This document shows, piece by piece, positions 21,628 through 33,446 of a stretch of 64,000 nt of DNA (position 1 is the stretch's first letter; each line of letters opens with the position of its first letter). Below the pieces are notes generated by a model that saw only the letters and a list, made by a program, of their open reading frames with translations, searched no databases and was not told the DNA's origin. The stretch lies in contig NC_092398.1 of the NCBI RefSeq assembly GCF_030028105.1, positions 24,939,649 to 25,003,648 of the forward strand, given 5' to 3'. The translations under genes and the position numbers were made by a program. The stretch comes from Mobula birostris (Eukaryota).

Positions 21628-22090
21628 CATTCATCCCTACTCTTTTTTTCCTCTCTGTCAACCAATTTTCTATCCCTGTCAGTACCCTACCCCCAATAAC
21701 ATTTGCTCTAATTTTGCACACGAACCTCGAAGTGGCTTTCTGAAAGTCCAGGTACAGTACATCCACTGGCTTTCCCATATCCATTTTTAAAGTTACATTC
21801 TCAAAAAAAATCCAGAAGATTAGTCAAGCATCATTTCCCTTTCGTAAATCCATGCTGACTCGGACCTATCCTGCCACTGCTATCCAAATATTCCACTTTT
21901 ACATCTTTTATACTTAATTCCAGTATCTTCCCCACCACTGATGTCAGACTAACTGGTCTATAATTGCCTGTTTTCTCTCTCCCTCCTTTCTTAAAAAGTG
22001 GGATAACATTAGCTACCCTCCAATCCTTAGGGGATGATCCTGAATCTATAGAACATTGGAAAATAATTACCAATGCGTCCAGTGTAAAAT
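21628..22090 (-). mobile_element. CR1 RT fragment (B copy 48662-49124)
   Basis: LDALVIIFQ...NYRPVSLTSVVGK...QHGFTKGK...VDVLYLDFQKA. Confidence 0.9.
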
Positions 22091-22099
22091 TAAGTTGCA

Positions 22100-23500
22100 A
22101 TGTAAATTGAAAAGCGTGAATACAGGACTGAAGGTGTCATATCTGAAAGCATGCAGTACACTAGAATAAGGTCGATGAAGTTGTAGCACAGTTAGAGATC
22201 GGCAGGTATGATGTTGTAAACATCACGGAATCATGGCTGAAAGAAGATCATACCTGGGAGATTAATGTCCAACTGTACACATTGTATAGAAAGGACAGGC
22301 AGAAAGCCAGAGGAGCCAGTATTCTTCTGTTGGTAAAAAATGTAATTTAATCATTAGAAATGGTTGACATAGGGTCGGCAGGTGTTGAATCATTGTGGAT
22401 AGAGCTTAGAAACTGCAAGGGGTATAAAGAGCCTGATAGGAGTTTTATACAGAAACCCCCAAAAGGATCAAACGGGGTATAGAAAATGCATTCCAAAAGG
22501 GTAACCTTACAATAGTCATGGGGGATTATAATACGTAGGTAGATTGGGTTGCTGAGGGATTCCAAGGGGGAAATTCCAGAATGCCTATGGGATGGTTTTT
22601 TCAGAGCTGCTCGTGGTTGAGCCACGAAAGGAGAATCTATGGATGTTGTGTACTTGGGTTTTCAGAAGGCCATTGACAAGGTGCCACACGTGAGGCTGCT
22701 TGGTAAGCTACGAGCTCATGGTATTACAGGAAAGATTCCAGCATGGATAAAGCAGTGGCTGACTGGCAGGAGGCAAAGACTAGGAATAAAGGGGGCTTTT
22801 CTGGTGGCTGCCGGTAACTACTGGTGTTCCACGGGGTCTGTGTTAGGACCGATTCTTCTTACATTATATGTTAATGATTTGGATGATGGATTTAATAGCT
22901 TTGTTGCAACATTGCAGACGATACGCAGATAGGTGGAGGGGCAGATAGTTTTGCAGAAATATAGAGGCTACAGAAGTACTTAGACATATTAGGAGAATGG
23001 ACAAAGAGGTGTCAGGTGGAATACAGTGTCGGGAAGTGTTTGGTCATATACTTCGATAGAAGAAGTGAAAGGGTTGACTCTTTTCCAAGTGCAGAGAAAA
23101 TACAAAATCTGAGGCACAAAGGGACTTCGGAGTCCTTGTGCAGGATTCTCTGAAGCTCAATTTGCAGGTTGAGACTGTGGTGAGGAAGTCAAATGCAATA
23201 TTAGAATTAATTTCAAGAGGACTAGAATATAAAAGCAAGGATGTAATATTGAGACTTTATAAGGCACTGGTAAGGCTTCACTTTGCGGTGAATCGGTGGA
23301 TTTCGTTGCCACAGGCGGCTGCGGAGGCCAAGTCTTTATATATATTTAAGGCAAAGGTTGAAAGTTTCTTGATTGGTCAGGGCATGAAGGGATACGGGGA
23401 GAAGGTAGGAGATTGGGACTGAGAGGATAAACACATCAGTCATGATAAAATGCCAGGGCAGACTCAACGGGTCAAATGGCCTAATTGTGCTCCTATATTT
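22100..23500 (+). mobile_element. Internally deleted older CR1 (endonuclease start plus RT/3' pieces; B copy 49134-50534)
   Basis: Degenerate NKVDE...ITESWLKED at 22140-22300, and DVVYLGFQKAIDKVPH at 22639. Confidence 0.85.
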
Positions 23501-24169
23501 AGTGGTTTTGTCGTCAATGATTTGCAGAGTGTTGATGCACTCGAACTGTACCATCGGCTTCAGAGGACGATGGAGTCAGGCGTTTATCGATGGCCTATGC
23601 CCAAGTGAGTATGTAAGGTGAGTGAGTAAGGGTGTCAAAGGTGACAGGGAGAAAGTAGGAAAATCGATTTGATGGGGGCATTAAATCAACCATGATGGGG
23701 TGATGGAGCAGGCTCGATGGACTGAATGGCCTAAACCTGCTCCTCGGTCTTATTCTCACTGAGCAAAAACAGCCTCGTCCCTTCCTTCAGTTTTTTTGGA
23801 ACCCAACCTTGTTATTCTATTTTTTTCACTTCTGAGTTGTTTTGAACATTTATACTAATCTTTTTATGTCTTTGCTCCGACCTTCACGTCACAGAAGTCA
23901 GTGATGATAAATCTGATTTGAGAATAGTGCAGAGACGGTTTCCCAGTTTAACCCACATTGATGAATCTCTGTAAGCCTCTCAGCCACTTGCCCTTTGACG
24001 TGCAGCAGTACAAGATTCCAGTCACCACCATTGCGCACAGCCCAAGTATCCCCAGGACAGCTCCAACAATCATCAAAGCTTCATTCTCAACCAGTGCGTT
24101 GTGTTCTGAGGAGAAAACGTTGGAGGTTCTGTCGTTGTGTTAAGTCATGTTTCATATCATATCATTAAG

Positions 24170-24810
24170 TTCAAGATTAATTTATTATCAGAGTACTTAC
24201 GTATATGTCAACCTATGCAACTCTGAGGTTCATTTTCCTGTTGGCATACTGGGCAAGTCTATAGAGTAGTAACTAGAACGGGATCAATGAACGATCAACT
24301 TGACTGCAGAAGACAACAAACTGTGCCACTGTGCTGTGCAATAAATAAATAGCATCAAATAACCAGAAACTGCGATAAAGAGTCCTTAAAGAGAGATCAT
24401 TGGTTGTAGGAGCATCTTAATGGATGGACAAGTGAGTGTAATCAAGAGCCCGATGGCTGAGGGGTCGTAACTGATTCTGAAATTGGTGGTGTGAGTCCCG
24501 AGGCTCCTGTACCTTCCACTTGATGGCGGCAGCGAGAGAAGTGTATGGCCTGGGTGGTGGGGATCTCTGACAAAGAATACTGCTTTCTTACAATGTTGTT
24601 TCATGTAGATGTGATCAATGGTTGGGAGGGCTTCACCCGTGATGTACTGTACCAAATCCACTATCTTTTGTAGGATTTTCCACTCAAAGGCATTGGTGTT
24701 TCCATACCAGTCTGTAATGCAGCCAGTCAATTCACATCTAGAAAAGTTTGTCAAAGTTTCAGTGTCAGGTCAAATCTCCAGTGACTTCTAAGGAAGTAGG
24801 GACAAGTCTA
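24170..24810 (-). mobile_element. Rex1/Babar-type LINE 3' fragment (B copy 51204-51844)
   Basis: ORF TNFSRC..TGCITDWYG...LQKIV...RDPHHPGHTLLSLPPS.GRYRS. Confidence 0.8.
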
Positions 24811-25001
24811 CTTCCTTAAGAGGTGACTTGTTGTGAGCATCTCCCATGCGAATCATCAAATATTCCCATTGTTCAGGACTACAACAGCTGAAATGCGTGG
24901 TCACGGCTATGGATACTTCAGTAAATAACACATTTCACAACGTATCCCAAAGATACTAAACCTGATTCTGTTTTGTAAAGGCATGTTCAATGTACGAGGA
25001 G

Positions 25002-28000
25002 CAGGGGCAGCGCTAAGGTGGTGCTCGCTGGGGCTATAGCATCAGCAGAAATTGCAATAGCTCCACCATAGCACCACCAAGAAATTAACTGCAGCTGCTT
25101 TGCTTTCTCTGTATAGTTTTTAAAACAGCTTGTTTCCCCAGTTGATCTAATGAAACAGCACCCCCAATTACCGTAGCAACCACGCAGCAATATAGTTATA
25201 AACTCTCTCAGATCCACTCTACACTTCTGCTTATTCGTTCGTTGTCAATGTCTTGCAGTTGCGTTCCTCAGATCAGTTAAGCTGATCTAAGGTCACTTAA
25301 GGTGGTGACGTCACTCACTCTCCCTCACGCGAGAGATTGATAGTATACATCCAGGCGCAGATCCGTTGTCTCGCGAGACTAACAGATGCCACACGCGCAC
25401 ACTGTGCTTTTACAAGCGAGCGTGGGCCTGGCACGTGCATTATTTTGGCCGGCGTGAAAAATTGATCGACTTTTAATCAGAAAACGACCTCATCCAGAGG
25501 AATCAGTGGTGTCTCTGCCTGAGCATGTCTTAATTGAAAGTGACATGCAGAAAGAAGTAAGTGGGGATGAGGACGACAGCAGCTCATCGAAGGAGTGTGA
25601 GGGCGAAGTAGAGGAACAAGAAATGGAGCGGGATTCGGAAGAGAACGTGGATGAAGCTGCTCTTAGTGTGAGTGGAAATACTGTTAGCGGTGATAGCCAG
25701 CAGCCTGAGGAAGGACCCCGTCGGCCAGCATTGAAAAAGTACCCTTCGCACAGTTTGGCAATCACAAAGGAGTATTCGTAGCTGGTTTGACCTGTACTCC
25801 TTGCTGGAAAATTCAATCACAAAAGATGTTACATTCTGCTTCGCCTGCAGACATTTCCTGTGTGGAGGACCTGGGTTTTATTCTGAGTCTACCTTCACTG
25901 TCACAGATTACCGCAACTGGCGGAAAGCTACAACAGCTTTCAAAACCCACCACCTAAGTGCAGCTCATAAGTTGGTTATGGAGGCATGGGGCGAATTCAG
26001 ATTGAGAAAACAAGACGGTTCAAGATTGGGAAATATGCTTGATAAAAGACATGCAAATATTGTCCAAGGAAGTCGTGAGTATATGTGAGCAGTGGTTGAG
26101 TCTCTACGCTATACTGCGTGCCAAGGCATTGCCCAGCGAGGATACCTGGAGAAGGATAGATCTGGCAATACGGGAAACTTTGTTGAGTTGTTCAGTGTAA
26201 TTGGGAAGTTTGATAAGACTGTAGCTAAAAAGAAGAATAGAGGACAATCCTGGAAATGCAAAAAACACAAATCACCATATCCAAAATGAAATTAGGAGTA
26301 TTATGGCAGATATGGTCGGACGTCAAATAAGTGCAGAAATCAAGGAGGCGGGATATTTTGCCAGCATGCTGGATGATAGTAAGGACTTGAGTATAAAGGA
26401 GCAAATATCAGTGGTGCTGCGGTATTTGAATAAAGAAACAGTGCTTGAAGAATTCTTGCACTTCTCTCCAGCAGAAGGGTTGGACGCAGAGTCGCTTCTT
26501 AAAAGCATTGAACAGACGCTCGCCTAGTGCGTTATTGATAAGAACGCGTGTATAGGTCAGTGTTATGACGGGGCGGCAGTGATGTCCGGGTGCAATAACG
26601 GGGTACAAGAGAGGCATTATATATACACTGCCATGCTCACAGACTTAACCTTGTTTTAGTGGATGTTGTGAGCAATGTACCAGAAGCGGGTGAGTTTTTT
26701 GAAACTGTGCAGCTGCTTTGCAACTTCTTTTCAAACTCTGTTCCCCACGATCTTTTCATGAAGAAACAGAGAGAATTTGAATCAACTGCACAGCCCGTGG
26801 AGTTGAAGAAATTGCCAGATACACACTGGGCATGGCGGTATACAGCTTTGTGGGCTATAAGGAAATCACTCTCCGCCATTCTAGCTACACTACAGGATAT
26901 TATGGTTCACCAAATGCACCGAAGAAAACGGAGGCCAGAGCTTTAAATGGACTGATTGACGCGCAGTTTGCTTTACTTCTCTCTCTGTTTGAGGATTTAC
27001 TCCGAGTCACTAAGTTCATGTCAGACCAACTACAATCTCCCAGTTTGGAGCTTTCATCCTCTGTGGACTTGGCTCAGTCTATTATCGATGCACTCTCAGC
27101 AAAACGGGGAGAGGAATCATGAAGTGAAATTCAGACAAGAGCTAGGGACCTGTGCGTCAAGGTCGGTATACAGAGCAGAGCACATGAAAGGAGACGGGCC
27201 CAGCCACCCCGCCGCCTACATCATTTTGTTGTTGAGGGTCAAACTGAACGCACACCTGTCACATCCCATGATGACCTTCGCAGCCACAGTTTCTATCCAG
27301 TTATAGACAGACTTCTGACTGAAATGGAAAGACGGTTCTCAATTGAGACTGGGGGTGTTCTGACTGGACTCTTGGCATTGACTCCTAAACACAAGTTCTT
27401 CCTAGACAAGAATTGTCTTTGGCCAATGGCCCAATACTATGGAGTGACTGAAGTGAACCTGACTGCAGAGCTACATCAGGTTCGACGTCTGCTGGAAACA
27501 AAACAAAAGGAAGGACAGACAATGAATGACACAGTGGAATTTCTAGCTCTAATGAGACCCGACGGCGATGCATTTATAGATTTATACAAACTAATCTGCA
27601 TATCACTGACTCTGCCTGTTACATCTGCCTCATGCGAACGGAGTTTATTTTGCGTCAGACGCGTCGAAAACTACTTAAGGAGCAGCAGCGGCGATGCTCG
27701 GAACAGCAACTTGGCTCTGTTGGCAATAAACAGCCGGAGGACCAAAGCACTTGACATCCAGAAAATCATTGATGCTTTCGCCACCAATCACAACAACAGA
27801 CGGATTTTGCTTGTCTGAAAATATTAATGGTGAGTGCAGTTGATTTTTTCAAAATTTGGGCCATGACTAATGCTGATTATTATTATTATTTTGTGGTGGA
27901 TACCCCAAAGTCCTTATCTTTCCTGCAGATCCTAAAATATTACATTCACTACTATTAAGCCTACTTGTTTTTCCTAGACTTCCAAACGGTGATTCTGTTG

Positions 28001-28538
28001 ATTTGTGTTTTAAATGCAGTAGCCGAGCTAATTGAGGTATTGCATGGTCAGAGTACGATTTGTCCAACGCCTAGTAAAGCCTTGCATCTGTTGTTTGCCT
28101 TATTTGACTTTAATAACGGTGTATCGTTTGGCATTGCTGTCTAGGTAATGCGATTAGCAGTGGGTTCGTTTTGTCTTTTTCAGTTGAAAATCACGCATTA
28201 GACGCTGATTGCGGGATTGGTGCGTGATTTACGTTGTCCGCTGTTGCTCGGATACTGTTTGTTTTCTTTCGTTGTTTATGCTCCGTGTAGCCCAGGTTGT
28301 CCTCGATGCCATGTGACACTGGAACAGTTCACTTCTATATTAGATCTATCAATTGCTTTTGCTTGTGAATCAATAGAGGCATTTACAGTAGGCACGTAAT
28401 GCTTGAAACTGACTTTTTAACGCCACGCGTCTGGCCTTGCGAATACATATTACCATACAGTGCATCCCTCAGCACCTTTACTGAATCATTCAGCCCCTAC
28501 GCAGCACCAGCAAGAAAAATTCTCTTGCGCCGTCACTG
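25002..28538 (+). mobile_element. Full-length decayed hAT DNA transposon (ZMYM1-like: TTF-type Zn finger, DUF4371 region, hATC), 3537 bp
   Basis: Imperfect TIRs caggggcagcgc / gcgccgtcactg and a perfect 8-bp TSD ACGAGGAG (24994-25001, 28539-28546). Transposase pieces FCFACRHF, DDSKD..KEQISVVLRY, QCYDGAAVMSG and TSASCERS at 25560-27818, with stops and frameshifts. Confidence 0.93.
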
Positions 28539-28659
28539 ACGAGGAGCATTTGATGGGTCTGGGCCTGTACTCACTGTAGTTTTGAAGAATGAACGGAGAT
28601 CCTATGAAATATTAGAAGTCCTAGATAGAGTGGATAAGGAGAGGATGTTTCGTATACCT

Positions 28660-29800
28660 GGGCCTTAGCACTCAGATCTGCAGCTGGATTTTCAACTTCC
28701 TCACAGACAGAACCCAGGCTGTAAAAATAGAGGACAAGCTCTCCTCTACAACCACTCTGAGCACCGGTGCCCCACAAGGCTGTGTACTCAGCACCCTGCT
28801 GTACTCACTCTACACCCATGATTGCGTAGCCAAGTTTCCATCAAACTCAATAGATAAGTTTGCTGATGACACAACAATTGTAGGCCGTATCTCGGGTAAT
28901 GATGAGCTTGAATACAGAGAGGAAATTAACAACCTGGTGGCATGGTGCGAAGGCAATAACCTATCCCTCTACGTCAGTAAGACGAAAGAATTGGTTGTTG
29001 AATTCGGAAGGAGTAGCGGACCGCCCGACCCAATTTCCATCCATGGTGCGAAAGTGGAACAGGTCAAAAACTTTAAGCTCCTCGGGGTCAATATCACAAA
29101 TAACCTGACTTGGTCCAACCAAGCAGAGTTCACTGCCAAGAAGGCCCACCAGCGCCTGTACTTCCTGAGAAAACTAAAGAAATTTGACCTGTCTCCTAAA
29201 ACCCTCACTAATTTTTATAGATGCACCGTAGAAAGCATTCTTCTCGGGTACATCAGAACCCGGTAGGGAAGTTGTCCTGTCCAAGACCGAAAGAAGCTGC
29301 AGGAGATCGTGAACACGCCGCAGCGCATCACTCAAACCAATCTTCCATCCTTGGACTCACTTTACACCGCACGCTGTCGGAGCAGTGCTGCCAGGGTAAC
29401 AAAGGACACGACCCACCCAGCCAACATACATTTTTCGTCCTTCTTCCTTCCGGGAGAAGGCTCAGGAGCTTGAAGACTCGTACGCCCAGATTTGCGAACA
29501 GCTTCTTTCCAACTGTGATAAGACTGCTGAACAGATCCTGACCCGGATCTGGGCCGTACCCTCCAAATATCCGGACCTGCTTCTCGGTTTTTTTTGCACA
29601 ACCTTACTTGCCATTTTTCTATTTTCTATTTACGATTTATAATTTAAATTTTTAATATTTACTCATTTTAACTAGATTTACTATTTTAAATATTGAATAT
29701 TTTTGATCCAGGGAGTGTGAAGCGCAGAATCAAATATCGCTGTGATGATTTTACGTTCTAGTATCAATTGTTTGGAGACAATAAAGTATAAAGTATAAGT
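28660..29800 (+). mobile_element. 5'-truncated Rex1/Babar-type non-LTR retrotransposon (RT C-terminal half)
   Basis: [35 protein letters not shown]...[20 protein letters not shown]; tail aataaagtataaagtataag. Confidence 0.9.
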
Positions 29801-30545
29801 ATAAGCAGAAGTGTAAGTATAGGAGGGGAGTCCAGGACAAGAGAGCACTGCCTTGTCATAGAAAGATGTCCATTTAAAACAGAGATGAGGAGGAATTTCT
29901 TTAGCCGGAGGGTGGTGAATGTGCAGAATTTGTTGAGTTCTGTTCATTTGGGCTATGTAATTATTTAAGACGCATGCGTACTCTCCCAGTTATACGCGTG
30001 CACGCGGAAGGAGGAAGAGGGACCGTGGGATGTAAAGGTGGCGGCCTTGGGTATTGAACGGAGGCATACAAAGTAAAGTGGTTTAAACACAAGGAAAATG
30101 TGTCTTTGCTGTTTCGCCGTTATCAGTGGTAGGTGAGGACGGTTACGATCTATCGACCTCTGGGATATGGGCCCTGCGCACTACTGAGCATGTTTGAAGC
30201 AGAGGTCGATAGGTTTCTGATTGGAAAGAACATCAAAGGTTAAGGGGAGAAGTCAGGAGACTGGGGTTAAGAGAGACAATGAATCTGTCACGATGGAATC
30301 CCAGAGTAGATTTGATGAGCCAAATCGCCCAATTCTGCTCCTAGGGCTTATGGTTTTATGGTATATAAGCTGTCTGACTTGATTCTCACAATTGACAGCA
30401 GAGAGGATGAGAGAGGTCTTGAGCAGTTGGGACTTGCTTCTGGACAGAAACGGGCCACGATGGATTCTGTGTCAAATTGACATCAGTGAGAATACGGTGG
30501 TGTTGACGGGGTCAGGCGACATTTCTCCAACTTGCCCGTTCTTAC

Positions 30546-30814
30546 CTAGAGGTATCATGAGCTTCCCACTCACAGCCTCGTGTTCCATCTGACAGACGTA
30601 CCCGTGACTGTCTCCATCTAGGGGGCGGACACTCCAAACTTGAAAGGTTCCATTGCTTTGAGGGACAACGTTGGTCGTGTCTGATCCATTGTCAGTGACT
30701 TCCCCGTTTCTGACACAGTGAACTTTAATGTCCCGGGGAAGAAGTTCTTGGCCGTGCACACCGGATACATTTGACCCCGTTTCTTCTGAGTCAAGGCTCT
30801 GGTACGGGTAGGAG
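30546..30814 (-). pseudogene. Ig C1-set exon, copy B (frameshift, core Trp to Cys)
   Basis: Same splice sites and 269-bp length as copy A. VHW becomes VHC and YLVC becomes YPVC. Confidence 0.85.
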
Positions 30815-33407
30815 CTGTGAAGGAATTGGAGAACAGTGTATGGGTTCAAAGTAGCTCAGCTCTCTTGTGACTGGACGGTATGGACAGAACTTCACCCTGT
30901 GTCTGACCCCGCGAGTATGTGATAGCACAGTGTACAGGGGGCTTCACTCTGCATCTAATAGCTAGTGGGAGCTTGTCCACATTACCACACTCGGCTTTAA
31001 GAAAGCCCCCTGTTTAGCCAGGGCATCAAACGGTATGGGGAGAAGGCAGGGAAGTGGGGATGACTGGTAGAATTGCATCAGCCTATGATAGAATAGCAGA
31101 GCGGACTTGATGGTCCGAATGGCCTGCTTCTGTTCCTATACCTTATGGTCTTATGGTCACGGGGAGAACATTTGAAGTCAGACATCAAACATACAGACAT
31201 CAGTGTAAATCGAACCCCGATCAATAATCACAGGCACTATAGAGCAATTGTGCTATCTGCTACGATAACGTGCAGTCCCTGATTGTGTTAATTAGACAGT
31301 TTAGATTAACCTTTGTTTGTAATGTACACTTCTGCTGCTGAAAAAATTGATTTTGATGGTATTTATACTGATTGAGGCCTTCTGTTAGTCCAGGTTGACC
31401 ACGGTGTCCTAGCTGTCTGCAAGATACGCAGCATGGTACACAACTCAGAGCCGTTGCCGACACAACAGGCTCCCCCCCTCTCCATGCTGCTGATAAAGCC
31501 AAAGGAATGCCAGAGACTGATACAGTTTCAGCGAAGGTTTGAGATCAGACTTTTCCTTCTCTTCGATGGGATGCTGACCACAGCTGATGAGCCCCATCTG
31601 CCTGAAGCGATTGATTTTAAGGGACCAATAATCCACCTTTGCCCTTTCCCCTGTTATTAGAAATGGTTCTGCTGGGCTTAATAGCTAAGCCACATGTGAA
31701 GTTCCAGGAGCTAGACTTCGATGTCAGAGGCTATTTGAGCTGTGCACCATTGGGAGCTCATTCCAACTACCTTCCCAGGCTTTAACGACCTTAAGGAATT
31801 TGTATTTATAAGCTGTGCATCTGTTCCCATGATAATAAACTTGAACAAGAGAGAATGAACAGCAGAGGGGGCTATAGGGCAATGCTTACTCCAGACATCT
31901 GTCAGGAATGGCAGATGAAGTTCAATTCAGATAAATGCAAGGTGTTATATTTTCATGGATCAAACCAAGGCAGGGCATACACAGTGAACAGGCAAGTCCT
32001 GGTGAGTGTTGCAGACACTGTTCTCTCTCACCTGTATGTGTCTGCGACCATGCAGTAACTGTAATGCTCCCGCGCACATAGCCGTTGCTACTGCGCAGCT
32101 GAAATTCTCTTTTATATAATGTTAGTATAATTTTGAAATGATGCCAATATAATTTTGGAATCTATGTTAACATAATTCAGAAATACCCTGCAATTAATTA
32201 TGTTAATGAATATAGTTTATTAATTTTCTAAATAGTAAACATACCACACACTTTGAAACATTTTAGAGTTTCAATGCATTTACATTGTCAATGTTACAAG
32301 TTACAACACTGTTACAAATTGTAACAATGAACACAGAATAGAAGGCAGCAGCTCATTGTTAATAAACTGCCGGCCTGCTGAATGTTGATGCTGTCATATT
32401 CATGTTAAAAAAAAAGATTTAAAGTGCCAGGTAGTTTTCAGAGCAGTGGTTAGTCCACACAGTGGTAAAAATAATTGGAGGGAAGGTCGGTTGTAGAACA
32501 GAGAGACCAGGGTGTGTTGGTACATAAAACCATAAAGTGACGACACGGACAGGGAGGTAAAGAAGGTGTTTGTACACGTGCCGTCATCAGAAGGGCACTG
32601 AATACAGGAGTTGGGATGTCACGTTGTAACTGTACAAAGACTTCAAAGACAAAGTAACAAAGTACGCATCCTGTAGTGGGCTGGGTTGATCAGACCGAAA
32701 CTAATCGAGTGTCCGGCAAATGTAATAAGTAAACAGATCCGACAAAGAAACTTAAGCCCAATTTATTATCACAAAAATAGAAAGGCACGCAAAATACTCC
32801 GTACCAAGTCACAAAGATTCCAGTGCTCACAATTCTTAGTGACCAGTTGATTGTTGTTGGGAGAACTGCGAACTCCAACTCGCTCGTGAAATCATCCTGG
32901 GTCGTAGGCATCGAACGCGGTTTCCAGTCTAAAGAATCCAGGGAAAATTGTTCCAGTAAACAGGAGATCCACAAACGTAGAGAGAGACACACAGAGACAG
33001 ACAGATGCCTTGATCTTTTGCCCTCCTGCCATTAACCCAGCCTGGTTTCCTTCATTCATTAACGCAGTGTTCAGCATACCCTTAACATAGAACATAGAAC
33101 ATAGAATAGCACAGCACAGTACAGGCCCTTCGGCACACAATGCTCTGCCGACCCTCAAATCCTGCCTCCTATATAAGCCCCCACCTTAGATTCCTCCATA
33201 TACCCTTACTAATCAGTTGGACACTGTAATGGTCAGTCTTTATCCATCAGTCCACCAATGTTTAGGACTTAACGTTCCTTGAAATTACGGACGATTAGTG
33301 TATCTTAAATGTCCTGCCTCTTCCCACTTTAAATGCCCTGCCCTCAATACCCTATAAACCTTTACGTGCCTAAAGGCTTCTAAATGCCTAACTGCCCTGC
33401 TTTTCAT

Positions 33408-33446
<39 letters not shown>

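Larger units (their letters stand above)
1..30082. repeat. Tandem segmental duplication, unit A (phase defined by window start)
   Basis: Position 1 (ttaaaca.aaggaaaatgtg) recurs at 30083 and 57118. The whole ORF series recurs, with a constant offset of 27034 from about 14.3 kb onward. Confidence 0.97.

Noticed and set aside
21628-23500. Single CR1 with twin-priming inversion
   Set aside because: The minus and plus pieces both encode the same DV.YL.FQKA region with different sequence, so they are separate insertions.
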